Below are positions 1-11,930 of a stretch of DNA of 45,316 nt, in pieces (position 1 is the first letter of the stretch; each line of letters opens with the position of its first letter). Where the stretch lies: NCBI RefSeq assembly GCF_000315625.1, contig NW_005434590.1:364786-410101 (forward strand), given 5' to 3'. The translations under genes and the position numbers were made by a program. The notes beneath the pieces were generated by a model that saw only the letters and a program-made list of their open reading frames with translations, had not been told where the DNA came from and did not search any database. Source of the DNA: Guillardia theta CCMP2712 (lineage: Eukaryota; Protista; Cryptophyta).

Positions 1-531
1 GAGGAGAGAGACGAGAGAGAGGGAGGAGGAGGAGGAAAGGGGAGGGGGAGGATGAAAAAGTGGTAGAGACCTTGTACTCATTGATGTGAAGGTTGTCGGC
101 TAGAACAGGTGACTTGAACATTGAAGTCAGAGAAAATCTTTGCATCATTATCATGCTCATGTTCATGTTTGTTCAGAATCCATCATCTCATCACTATCGT
201 CGTCATCATGATCATCACCATTAACAACATCAAAATCATCATCTCCATCACAATCATCTCCTTTATCATCATAGTTCACAACATCAAAATCATCAGTTTC
301 ATCGTACATTGGAGGGGACTTGCGCAAGGCTCTCTTTTCTCGCATCCTTAGTCTCGAAGTATCGATGAGATGCAGGATGCTGTATCAACATCAGTTTTCT
401 CCCTCTCCTCCTCCTCCTCCTCATCTTCTCACATGTTTGGCTTCTCTCGCCGAGGAAACCAACTTGTTGAAGTAGTTGGAGATGTCTGCAAACATCATCA
501 GTTCAGATAATTCTGCTGCTGCTGCTGCTGC

Positions 532-569
<38 letters not shown>

Positions 570-2984
570 TTCCTCGTCCCGATAGACATGCTTCTCTCCC
601 CTCCTCCTGCTCGCCTCGCTCCCTTCTGCCCTTCGGCTCACCGTCCTGAGCCTCGCGAGAAGAAATTCCCATCGTCCGTTGCTGGAGGAAGAGGTCAGAT
701 CAGGAGCAGCAGCAAATGCCAAAAAAAGCGAAGGATACTAGAGGAGTGAGGAGGGAGGGAGTGAGGGAGGAGCAGGAGTAGGAGGAGGAGGAGGAAAGGG
801 AGAGGGAAGGGAGGAGGGAGGGAGGGAGGGAGGGAGGGGCAGGAGGAGGAGGAGGAGGAGTAGGAGCAGGCAAGGGAGAGGGAAGGGAGTAGAGAGATGG
901 AAAGTTATGAACACGATTTCAGTCAGAATTTCACCTCATTGGGATGATGATTGCTAAGCTTGATTCCCTTTGCAGACGAAATCAGATCTCCTTCCCTTCC
1001 TTCCCTCTCCCAACCTCCCTCCTCTCCTCCTCCTCCTCTTCTCCCCCCTCCTCTTCTTTTCTCCCTCCTCTTCCTTCCACTCCTCCTCCTCGACTCTATG
1101 ATTAGTCTCACCTCCTCTCTGCCTTCAGGGATTCCAAACATATCTTGATGATGACGACGATTATTTCTCTTCTCCTCCCGCTTGTATCACAATCAATTCA
1201 GAGATTCGGTCTCCTCTTCCTCCTCATCCCTCCCTCCTACTTCCCATCCCTCCCTTCTACTTCCCGTTTCCTGCCCCATCCTCTCTTCTCTTCTATCCTT
1301 CTCTCCACCTTGTTTGCCTCCACTGTCTTTGCTTGCGCCAGGCTCCTTGCAAAGTCGTAGGCCTTTTCTCCTGTAGCTAAGAATCAGAGGAAGGAAAGGA
1401 AAGAGGAGGAAGGCAGAGGAGGAGAAGGGAAGGAATGGACAGAAGAAAGGATTGAACAGGAGGGAAAAAGGCAAGGAGGAGATAAACAGGAGGAGATAAA
1501 CAGGAGGAGATAAAGAGGAGGAGATAAAGAGGAGATAAAGAGGAGGAGATAAAGTGGAGGAGATAAAGATGAGGAGGAGACGGGAATAGAAGTGAGAGGA
1601 AGGGAAATATGGTGACGGTGATGGCAAACGAAACAGGAAAAAGCAAAAAGGAGGCAGAAGGGGTGCAGATGAAGGGAAAGAAAGGGATCCTCACCTCCGC
1701 TCTCCCTTGATTCCGGAGCAAGAGAATATTTGTGCGACAATCGTTTCCTGCTCGATGTTAGCATCCCCTCTCCTCCTGCTCCTCCTCCTCCTCTTCTCCC
1801 TCCTCCTCCCCTCCACTTCTTCAATCTCCTCCCCCCCCTCCACCTCTCACCTGCTGTCGTACACAGCACTCAACTGCGACATACGAGGGTTTCCATCCTC
1901 ATTCTCTGCTTGGCTGGGTCACATACATCCGCTCCCTCTCCCACTCCCCCTTCCTCCCTCCTCTCATGATCAACCCATCCCTCTCCCACTCCCCTGCTCC
2001 TCCTCGCCTCACCAGCTTTCATCACCACCGGCTGTGCCTTGGAAGCATGAAAGCTTCTTCGGAGTTTGTTGATGTTCGGAGCTTGTCCTGGCCACATCTA
2101 CATCAGCACAGACCTCGCTCGCTCCCTTCAGCATCACCGAGCTCGGAGAGCGCAAAGCTGAAAAATTCATGCCCGGCATCAACGCTGGGAGGATGAGGGT
2201 GGCGGGAGGAGCGTCGGGATCTGTTCGACTGGTCAGGGAGGAGGAGCAGTCGACTCGTCCTCTACCTCCTGGTATGCTCTGAGAGCTGTGGGGTGGATCG
2301 AGATGCTCGCTCGCTCGACACGTCAGAGAACGTGGGCGTCTGCTGTGAGCTCAGCAGATTGTATCATCTCCTTCTCTTGTCGTAACCCTCAAGTCTCTAG
2401 CGTCCCCCCCTCCCCCTCCTCCCCCTCCTCCCCCTCCTCCTCCTCACCTTCACTCGATGAGATGTAATAACATCATTGGAGGGGCGAGAAGCAAAGGCGT
2501 CATCCCGAGAGGCGAACACTTCAGCCGCCCACTTCCTTGCAGACCTGTCGCTCCCATCGTTACCTCCTCTCGCCATGGCACCATCACTCACCTTGCAGGG
2601 GAGTCGTCCGAGCTCAGCGATGTCTGCCAGCCCCCTCCATTCCTGGCACAGAGCAGAACTAGTACGGCGGCAACCGCGAAGATGGCAAGGCTCCCCTGCA
2701 TGTTGCGTGAGAGACGACGAGTTAACGACTTATCAACTCTCACAATCACTTGGATTGAAGCTCTCATGGTTGCCTGATGATACGCGAGTCAGAAGAATAA
2801 TTGAGTTTGAAAACCTTCCTCTCTTCCTTCATTATTCTACTTTCTGCAACTTCATCGCTGTCTCGTTTCACGTACAGCAAAATCTCCATGTTTACCGTTC
2901 ATCATAAAACTCAGCAGGCACATCAGCATTGTCACTGTTCTCCTCATCATTGCCATCGCCATCATCGTCAATATGAATATCCAT
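1..2984 (-). CDS. Multi-exon hypothetical protein with acidic N-terminus and one hydrophobic segment; 3' end runs off the window
   Basis: Exon-like pieces bounded by GT/AG on minus strand: MDIHIDDDGDGNDEENSDNADVPAEFYDER (ATG 2984), MQGSLAIFAVAAVLVLLCARNGGG, GQAPNINKLRRSFHASKAQPVVMKA, AELSELMMFADISNYFNKLVSSAREAKH, SMFKSPVLADNLHINEYK. True start may lie nearer 3300; exact exon chain not resolved. Confidence 0.5.
1480..1570. repeat. Degenerate AGGAGGAGATAAA(C/G) minisatellite in an intron
   Basis: About 7 copies of GGAGATAAA-containing 11-14 nt units. Confidence 0.85.
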
Positions 2985-3061
2985 GATTTAAAGCTTTTGT
3001 TCATTCAACTTTTCTCGACACCTCTCAAGTATCATGGTATCATAATCGACTTTTTGGTTTT

Positions 3062-3118
<57 letters not shown>

Positions 3119-3151
3119 CGCTCCTGCTCCTGCTCCTGCTCCTGCTCCCGC
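3062..3151. repeat. (CCTGCT)n hexanucleotide microsatellite
   Basis: About 15 near-perfect copies; source of the spurious poly-PA / poly-AG ORFs. Confidence 0.95.
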
Positions 3152-4009
3152 TGAGAACGCTTCTCCTGATCCTACTCCTTCCCGGTCTCCGTCTCCTCCT
3201 CCCCCATCTCCTTCATGTCTCCCCCCCCTCTCTCCTCTCGACTCTCGCCATGAAATCCCAAGAGTCGCCAGAGCTTGTTGAGCCCACATCCCCTTTCATA
3301 CCATCTTCCAAGTTTTCAATATCTCAGTGCTCTGGCCACGGGCTCGGCGGATCCCGGGGGGCTGCCTCGGGCCCGGCCGGCGCCTTGAGAAATGAGGCGG
3401 GCCCGATACATCGTGCCTGAAAACTTTTTTACTCGACAGAGGGACATCAGGTCGCATTGAGTAAAAGAGGCTGCTGCCCTGGCTGCCCTACCGCGGAGCT
3501 CCGGTCAGCCCTCTCTCCCGGCTCCCACGATTGTCCTCCTTGCCCCAGCGACTAGGGTGGTCAAGGTAAGTTATTTTATAGGTACAGAACTAATATGAAT
3601 GCGGTATCCTTTGGAGAAGGGGAATCGGGGGCCGAACGGAAGGCCGGGGTGAGGGTGTGGTTTTTGGACGCTGAAAAGCAGGAGGCCGACCCTTTTAAAA
3701 AAGAAAAAAAAAGTTGCTTTACTGACACAGTTCTGTACCGATTTATCTCATATTTTAGTTACTTCTACATTCAAGGTACAAAATTTCTTTAAGAAAATGA
3801 ATCTTATATTGATACTTTTAGAATTAAAAAGCATTCCTGCCCCCTAAGGGATGTCAGGGGGTGCGGCCCCGATAATACACGAAATGTCGCTTTTTCACGC
3901 ATGATTGGGCGTCATCATCCGCCCGGACCCTCCGACGTCCTGACAAGACTTGAGCTGCAGCCAGTATCAGAGGATCACAACCCCCTACTTTCCGGGTAAA
4001 ATAGGGGGT

Positions 4010-4449
4010 TCTTGAAGAATCGTAACATGCTGATGCCTAAAAACTCGATTTGGCCGAGGACCCCGTCATGCCAAAATGCGCACCCCTGGTATGACTGACA
4101 AAGGAGGGGTCCTTTGTCGGGCAACTTGATGGTCGTAGGAATGGATACGGCATAAGCAAACTGCCTTGCTGACGTGAAAACAGGTGGTAAAGCACCGAAG
4201 AGACGCTAGTAAGTCTTGGAGTCACGGAGGGGAAGAGGGGCCTGTCAGCAGCTGCGTCTCAACATCGCAACGATCCGGCGGATTCTCGGGATCAGGTTTG
4301 GAACGTTGCGATATTTCCTCCAAGAGCTGGTCGACTTTCATTTACTACAGAGCCTGGCTGACATCGCTTTGGGCAAGATGACGGTACTTGTTAGGATCCA
4401 GTAAATCGCTTCAAATCTTCAGATATTTTGTCTGTAATTTATCCAACAT
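4010..4449 (-). pseudogene. Decayed intronless coding remnant (possible TE or viral relic)
   Basis: One frame reads MLDKLQTKYLKI*SDLLDPNKYRHLAQSDVSQAL**MKVDQLLEEISQRSKPDPENPPDRCDVETQLLTGPSSPP*LQDLLASL with four in-frame stops; no family recognised. Confidence 0.35.
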
Positions 4450-5552
4450 TTCTTATAAACATTCAAAATCTATGATAGTCTTTCAACCTGTCCGTAATCG
4501 CCTTTGTGTGGCTGGTCTCTCACGGAGCTCCGACCAGGGTGTCAGCATCCGGCCGTCTGGGCTGCCCGCGCGTTTTTGGCCCCCAGGGGGTAGGGTTGCT
4601 CAATTTGAGATTTTTGTGCATCGATCATTTCGATTAAACAAAATATTCTGACAATAAATCAATTGATATGGTCAAAAGTTTAAAAATTGTCCACATATTG
4701 ATTAAAAATCCTGACTGGGAGTACCCTGTCGGAAATGTTATGTGGGTTTCGAGTACCCGTGCTGTGTACACATGTTGCCGTGACCCGATCACCGATATCT
4801 CATGGTACCTCCTAGCGCCTGCAAACAGATACCCCACCCCTCTTCCCTAGAACACCCCCCATTTTCCATCAAAGTACCCCCGTATTCCATAGTCATACCA
4901 AAGTACCACCCACCCCCATGGACACAAGGACTCTATCAATCATGATTACCCCACCCCCAAGAGCCCAATTTACTTGTGACTACCCACCCTAATGCAACGC
5001 CTGCTAAGGCCTTTGTGTTCAGGACCCCGTAGTGATGAAAACGTAAATGACTCACCCCCTCCTTAAGTACCATCTGTCAGATCCTTTATTTTGTCTATCG
5101 ATAGGTCTACCATTTTCTAATTCATCTCATATACATTTTCGTGTAGTCCGATGGAATAGCAGAAATTCAGTACCCCCGTTCATGCGTACCCCAACAAATG
5201 AGAATTTCTACTTCACTGATCCATCCCCACCCCCAGTGTACCCTCTTCGATACACTCCCGTGACTAGGGACCACCCCACGTACCACCTTTACCCCTTTTC
5301 AAGGACCCCACCCCTTTCAAAGATTCTGCGTCCTGCTCCGTGGAGCAATTAGAGTAGTTTCCCCTTCCCCGCTCTCCGTCCGCCACTACAACCCATCCTC
5401 TACCTGCCTCCTACACCACCAGCCTCTACCTGCCTCCTCTCTATTCCTCTCCCACGTCCTCCCCTCCCTCCTTCCTGCCAACCTCAACGATTGCACGTCT
5501 TCCTTCTCTTCTCTCGTTCAAGCTCGCAGCACCTCAAGGGTAGTCAGCATCA

Positions 5553-6950
5553 ATGGGTCGAACATCGGCGTCAGCTGAAAACAAGGAGCTTGCTAGGCAG
5601 TTTGCGCACACTGTCTGCTCTCCTACCGACAACATCAATGACATGGTTGCGCGCAGTGGGTGAGTTTTGATCTTGTCATGGAGGCATTGTCGCTTACATT
5701 ACTCCAGGCCATTCTCCTTGTACGCAGCACTCTCAGAGTGTTTTCCCTCCTGCGTGAAGACAGACGGAGGAACGAGCAGATACGGGCTGCAAGAAGCCGA
5801 GTTCAACAAGGCCGTGCAGGCCGGGGGGTTCCGAAGGGAGCGAGATCGACGCGTGAACGCACTCACGAAGCGGGTGGATCCACTCGGGGCAGGCATGTAT
5901 CTGTTCAGCATGCGGGTGTGGAAGGACCCGTCGAACCCTCGAGACAGGGAGGAGCTGATGCAAGGGTGGAGGCACCTCGTCGAGCGCTTCCCTCAGGTCG
6001 CTAAAGTTTGCTCCGTCGACCGTTTCCTCGAGGTGGTTTCCAAGTTCCACGATGCCTGGCAGCCCAATGCTGGGCGTGCTCGCAAGAAGCAGAAGATGCA
6101 GGCGAACGAGATGGCGGAGAAGCCTCTTTCTTCTTCCTCCTTGACCTCTCCTACGCTCGGCAGCATGGACGCGTCGTCTCGTCGCATGTCCGACCTGGAA
6201 AGGCATCCCCTCGTGATCGCCACAATGGTCGATGCTTCCATTGTGGGCGGTGGCAAGAATATGAATGAGCATGCTAAGGCCAACCTGTTCCAGAGCGCTG
6301 CTGTGTCGCAGTTCCTTCCCTCCAAGAGCCAGTGCATGGACGACCTCAACTCCAGCAAGCAGCACATGCAGCCCCACTTCCTCGGAGGTCTTGGAGGAGA
6401 GGCAGCGATCAAGCAGGACCCGAGCAGGATCTTCCAGCAACTCAACTTCAACTCCCTCCCCATGGGCAGGGCGGACATCGCCAGTAGCCACTCCTCCTGC
6501 GCCAGTCTCCATGGCTCGCTCTCCTGGGACGCCAACACAACTGCTCCTGCCAACCCTCGAGACAACTTCAATGTGCCGCTGATGGGGAACAACGTGAACA
6601 ACCTCTTCGACAACTTGTCACTGGCCAGGAACAACATGCTTCAGGAGCAGATGCGGCAGAACCAGCTCCTGCAGGAACACATTCGCCTCCTCCTTAACCA
6701 GCAGCTGCGACAGGCCGGCACACAGCAGCAGCAGCATGTTGGTCAAACTGGGGCCAACTCCTCCCCGGCGTTTGCTGATCTGTGCATATCCTACAACCAG
6801 TACAACAACCCCAAGAGTTCCGCGCCGGCAATGGGGATGCACCAACCGCAACAGGGAATTTTGTCCTCTTCCTCCTCCTTCGACCGTTCGGCCGGATTCA
6901 TTTCGAGTGTAAATAACAACCCGTTGGTCGTGCAGAGCCAGCGATTCTAG
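5553..6950 (+). CDS. Hypothetical protein, about 449 aa, folded N-terminal domain plus Q/N/S-rich tail; putative transcription factor
   Basis: Exon 1 5553-5659 (MGRTSASAENKELARQFAHTVCSPTDNINDMVARSG), 48-nt intron GTGAGT..CAG 5660-5707, exon 2 in frame with ORF 5667-6950; basic NLS-like RARKKQK; Q-rich C-terminus. Confidence 0.8.
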
Positions 6951-7071
6951 TTGAGCAGCAACAACTTCTTGTTACATAGCAGTAAGACATAAGATAATCA
7001 AAGACTTGTAAGTAAGATTTAATGAAACCATGACTTTCACAAAGCCTGTCGAGTTCAGTTGTCAGAAGCTT

Positions 7072-10000
7072 TCACTTGAAATCTCTTTCCTCCTTTCCTC
7101 TAACTGTCTTGACATTCCCTCCCCTTTCTTCTACCTCTCTCAAGATGCTCAACCCACCTCGTCCTATTTCCTGATTTCAGCTCATGGCCTTACCCACTTC
7201 GTCTCTCCCCCTCCCCATGCTCATCCCTCCTCCCTCTCCCGCTCATCCCTACAGCACACAAGGACGTACCCGGTACAGCGAGTGCCTCTGGACAGTGCCG
7301 GGAATCCTCACGTGGACAAGATTTCCTGCTTCCAGTCACCAACGTTGCCTCCTCCTCCTTCTCCGCTCCTCTTCTTCTCCAGCCTGCTCCTCTTCTGATC
7401 TCTCTCCAGCCCCCAACACACAAACACTCCCTTCCCTTCCCTCCCCTCCCTCTTTCCCTTCCCACCCTCCCCTCTTGCTACTGCTACTGCTGCTGCTACT
7501 TCTACTGCTGCTGCTGCTGCTACTTCTACTGCTGCTGCAACTGCTGCTGCTACTGCTACTGCTGCTGCTGCTCCCCGCTGCTCGCTCCTCCTCCTATGTT
7601 ACCTGTCGGGTTGGAAGGGCGGAACAGTCCGACTTCGATCGAGGATCCTCTCCCCCACCTTACAGCTAGTCAGGAGCGTCGTCTCTACTCCCTCCCATTC
7701 CCTCCCACTCACGAAGAGGTCAGGATGGAAGTCACTCGATCGAACGGCAGTCCTCGCACGCTGCTCCCCCCGATCTCCGCCACGATGTCTCCCACCTAAC
7801 GCCGCCCCGTCAGCTCGAGGAGCCTCCGCGATGCGTGCTGCACGTCGAGTGCAGTAGAGAAGGGAGAATGCAGGGCAGAGCAGAGCACTTGCTGGAGGGG
7901 AGAGAAGAGGGAAGGATGAGAGGTAAGAAGGGCAGGACAGGGCAGGAAGGAGCAGTAAGAAGCAAGCGGGGGAAGGGAGGGGAAGAGGTGACGGGGAGGG
8001 GGAAAGGAGGGAGGGGGGGGCAGAGCAGAACAAAGCAGAAGGTCTGAGAGAAGGGAGGGAGGAGTCAGGTGGGGATCAACTCACTTGGATGAGTCCTGTG
8101 TTCGCCGCGGGCCCATCCGGGAGGAGCGACTGGACCTGAAGGTTTTCAGTGCCAGCAGCCTGGACGTCTCCTCGGGTACCCAGGGCTCGTCCTGCGGGGA
8201 GGGGACGACCATCATACCGTAGGCTGTACTTGCTCCCGACGCCACTGGCCAACGAGGTCACGACAGCAAGAGCGCGAGGAGAGGGCAGGAACTGACCGAC
8301 AGACAGGCAGCTGGCGATGATGTCTCGAAGGCTCTCGATCAAGTGGTCTTCGTACTTGGGCCGCCAGCTGGCGTTCTTCCATGCGTAGACAGGGTTGATC
8401 TTGAGAGATACCGAGGTCAGTCTGGCTGGCACATAGACTCATATCTACGTACGATCATCTCGTCGTGGTGGAGCTTGTGGATTTCATACGCGTCTTCCGT
8501 CAGCCCGTTCATCTGCAACTACCATGACCCGCCTGTTGTCACTCGCAGCGCCTCGACCTGACTCTTGAGAGCAGACGCGTCGCTGGGTAGAAAGTGAAGT
8601 GCTCCCACGGACATCAAGTTGCTCCCAACTGCCACGTCCTGTCAGCCCACCAGCATCACCGTCGCCATGGCCGCGCACCATCGCTCTTGTCACTCTTTGA
8701 CCTGACGTCAGTAGCCCCGAAGAGATGATTCCTCCGCAGCTGCACGTGCTGCTTCATCCCCAACCCCGGCTTCACTAGCGTCAGGACCACTGGCGATCCC
8801 TTGGGCCCGCAGATCCTGGCGTTGACGAACGCGGTCACGTCCACCTGCTCCCCCTGCGGCAGCGGCTCCTCGTCGATGGCCAGGATCACGTCCCCCACGC
8901 TGATGAAGCCCAGCTTGTCCGCGGGCCCTCCGGCCGCTAGCTCGGTGATGACAACCTGCCTGCTGGGGGAGACTGAGAAGGAGATGCCCACGTCGTAGAT
9001 CTCTTTGCGCTTCTTCTCGTTCCGCTCCTTCTGGCCGGAGGATCGAACCAGAGTCGCATGCGTCAGCCTGTCCTCCCCCTGCTTCAGCACCGAAAGGATC
9101 ACCACAGAGTTCTCCTCCCCGTACAGCTTGTCCTCAGCCGCTATGACTGACAGGCCGTCGATGCTGGTGTGATCGATGAGACAGAGCTGGTCCCCCACAT
9201 CAAGGATGCCTGTCTCTGCCGCAGGACTTCCTTCCTGGATCGACCTGATGAAAATCCTGCCGTTCTCCTGAAGGAAGCTGATCCCTACCCCACAGATCAT
9301 TGGCGACTCCTCGTCGTTGATCGTCATCGCCAGCCTCGCAAGCTCGTTGTACGCCTTCTGCTGCGCCTTGCGAGCGGCGGCGGAGAGCCCTGGGCCTCGT
9401 TCTTGCTGGCTCGAGGAGACGCTTCGAGGAGAGAGAGCCGAGTTGTTGGCGGCGGGCAGGCCTTCTATGCCGGGCTCGTACCACTGGTCGTCGGGGATGT
9501 CAAGGTTGAGGCTGGCGAGCTCGTCGGATACGGAGTTTGCCTTCCCTCCCAACTGGTAGGCCTGCACAGCCTCTTCTCGCGGTGTCTGCGGCCACTCGCC
9601 GTTCCTCGAGCCCGGGAGGTTCGTCAAGGAGTTTGCGACCATTCCCCGCTCCGGAGCTGCGAAGGGAGGAACACTGGAGGAAGAGGGATGGCGAGGAGGA
9701 AGACGGGGATTGTGACTTGGGGCGGTCAGAAGCTCTTTGTTTGTGCTGTTGACCATCATGTACGACCTGTGCTCGGGTCTCCCAGTGAAGTTTCCAGGAG
9801 GAACTGGCATGTTGTTCCTCCTCTCATTCCCAACGTAGGGGCTGCCTGCGGGCATCGGCATCGACATTGGTCGCGCCGATCCGTTGGTTGGAGGGAGGCT
9901 GGCGATGGTAGCATGGTGGACGGGGGAGTCTGCCATAGGAGGAGGATACATCTGCATCCTCATTCCGAAGCTGGCAAGAGCAGCAGCGTCAGCTCGAGTC

Positions 10001-10080
10001 GAGGGAGCAAGGCAAGGCATACCCCGGATGCTGCATGCTCCCAGACGAACTAGTTGGTCAGTCAAACAAGCGCCATCCAC
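7072..10080 (-). CDS. Multi-PDZ domain protein (at least 3 PDZ), multi-exon; 5' exons upstream of 10080 not resolved
   Basis: Large exon 10080-~8700 encodes PDZ1 (CGVGISF..GSPAAETGILDVGD) and PDZ2 (DVGISF..GGPADKLGFISVGDVILAID). PDZ3 is split by intron 8084-7796: LQVQSLLPDGPAANTGLIQ|VGDIVAEIGGSSVRGLPFDRVTSIL..GSSIEVGLFRP. Last exon ends EERDFK* at 7072. Confidence 0.85.
7475..7572. repeat. (CTG/CTA)n trinucleotide microsatellite, intronic
   Basis: Direct read. Confidence 0.9.
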
Positions 10081-10879
10081 CTGCAGAGCTTGAAGGAGCC
10101 GATGAGATCAAAGTGACGAACTAGACTCAACGATTACCAATTATCTCCCATCTACTACAATCTACGAGTCCTGCCTAGCATTGTAGATGCCGTTTGAGAA
10201 ATGATCACAAGAAACTAGGAGTACTCTTCTTCCCTTACTTCCTCACTCCTTCCTTCACCCGTGGAGCTTCTGAATGTAGTACGGACTTTCTCTCCTGTCT
10301 CTGAATGTCGTGTCTTGATCTGGTCTTCACCATTCTTCCCCTTATTCATATGCTCAGTCAGTTTGCTTTCCTTCATCTTGTCCCTCCTTCCTTCCACTAT
10401 CTCATCTACCTTGTTCTATTTCTCATCACTAGTCATCATCCCCAAAGGGTCTTCTCCACTCGCTTCATTTTAGAGCCTCGGTCACTCAGCCTTTCCTCCT
10501 TGTATGAGTCCAATCTCCGATCTCTCTGCTTACTCCTCCTCCTCCTCCTCCTCCTCCTCCTCTTCTCCCTCCTCCTCTCGGGGCAACAGCCACATTCATT
10601 CGTTTCCTCTCAGTCAAACCACATGGCGGACCTCGAAGTCGTAGATCCCAGCCTACTAGGCTAAATTTGGTTAAAAGAGCGGTGTGGGTCTCTTCTTGCT
10701 TTTGCTAAAGCGAACTTCTTTTGTCAGTTTTCAAGTATTATGGGACAATTTTGAATAAATTCCAAATTTTAGGGAACAAAATCAATTGATATCCCGAAAC
10801 TATGAAATGGAAGTACCTGCTGGTATGCTTTCTCAGTTCTGTTGAAGTTTTGAATTGTAACCGCTGGTAGTAACGGTCT

Positions 10880-11460
10880 TGAGAACCCGGAGCGGTGGCC
10901 GGCGGGCGGCACCCGGCCGTGGCCCGACAACCGGGCCGGTTGCCGCCAACCGTTGGGCCGTTCACGGTTGGGCGTGACAGTGAACCGGTCGGAGAACCGT
11001 TCACTGGCGGCTGAGTCTCGGCGGTACGGTACGGTCACCCACTGACCGCCGCACCACAAGCCATCCGATGATGGCATCGCGGCCGCCCGCCGGGCACACG
11101 GCGAGGAGCCTCCGGCCCGGCCGGGCCGATCGGGCCGGACTCCCGGCGGGCGGCCGGCGGCCCGGGCTGCCGGGCAGGGCCCCAGCGCCGGGCCGGCATG
11201 GGCCCGCCGGTGACCCGGTGACCCGCCGCCGGCCCTCAGAAGCCCGGGCCCGCCGGGGCTGCCGCCGGCCACACGGCAAGCCCGGATGTTTACGCTGGCG
11301 GGCGGCCCGGCCCGTTCAACGGCGGTCACCAGTCGGACTGAGTCCGGGCCGGGGCCCGGCAGTGTCCCCGAGCCACAGGGCCAGCCAACCGTTGACTCAG
11401 TCACTCCGGTGAACCGTGACCGGGCCCGGCGCCGTCCGGCACCGGGCGGCCGCGCCGGGG
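10880..11460. promoter_or_regulatory. GC/CpG-rich island upstream of the multi-PDZ gene
   Basis: Very dense CCGG/GGCC/CGGTCAC words; ORFs are only low-complexity P/R/G/A; similar islands recur at other 5' ends in this window. Confidence 0.55.
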
Positions 11461-11930
11461 TCGTTTTCGTCAAGTTCTTCGATCGTTGTGTTTGTGAAGT
11501 CGTCCTTGAAAATCTGTAAATGATCTTGGGTCGTTGAGATACTCCTTGGTTTGCTGTTGAATCTCTTCCGTCGTGAATTGTCTTGCAGGTTCTAATGGAG
11601 TGTTGTCAGTAGTCATCAGCTCGTCATCGGAGCTGCTGCAACTGTCCAAGGTCTCTCCATCAAAGTTTCACTGTCTGACTCTTCTGACGTGTCTAATTCA
11701 GGTCGTACATCTCGCATGCTGATTGTGCGTGGGCTTGAAAGCTGTTGCCGAAGTTGTGCTCTCCCCTGCATCGCAGCCGAAGTTGGTAGATGTGGATGCT
11801 CAGGGTCCCCCCCAACGAGGTACGCTCTCCAATCTTGCGCGGGCCCGGCCTCGGAGTCGGTGAAGTCCCACACCCGCGCCGCCTGCCGCGCCGCGCACTG
11901 GCCTGCCAGCAGTGAGCCGGCACCGTTCAC
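11455..11930 (-). pseudogene. Frameshifted coding remnant between GC islands (possible retroelement fragment)
   Basis: Protein-like pieces in successive frames: WDFTDSEAGPAQDWRAYLVGGDPEHPHLP..ELDTSEESDSET / SSSDDELMTTDNTPLEPARQFTTEEIQQQTKEYLNDP / LQIFKDDFTNTTIEELDEND. Confidence 0.3.

Noticed and set aside
3555-3585. SL-RNA-like GGTCAAG|GTAAGTTATTTTATAG
   Set aside because: Single occurrence with no supporting stem-loops or repeat context; could be chance.
5733-6637. 259-aa and 214-aa minus-strand ORFs
   Set aside because: Antisense shadows of the 5553-6950 gene.
9169-10053. 294-aa plus-strand ORF
   Set aside because: Antisense to the PDZ exon, no recognisable domain.
10738-11519. P/R/G/A-rich ORFs in GC islands (also 33735-34330, 17428-17747, 37552-37827)
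   Set aside because: Stop-poor because of extreme GC; open in several frames and low complexity.
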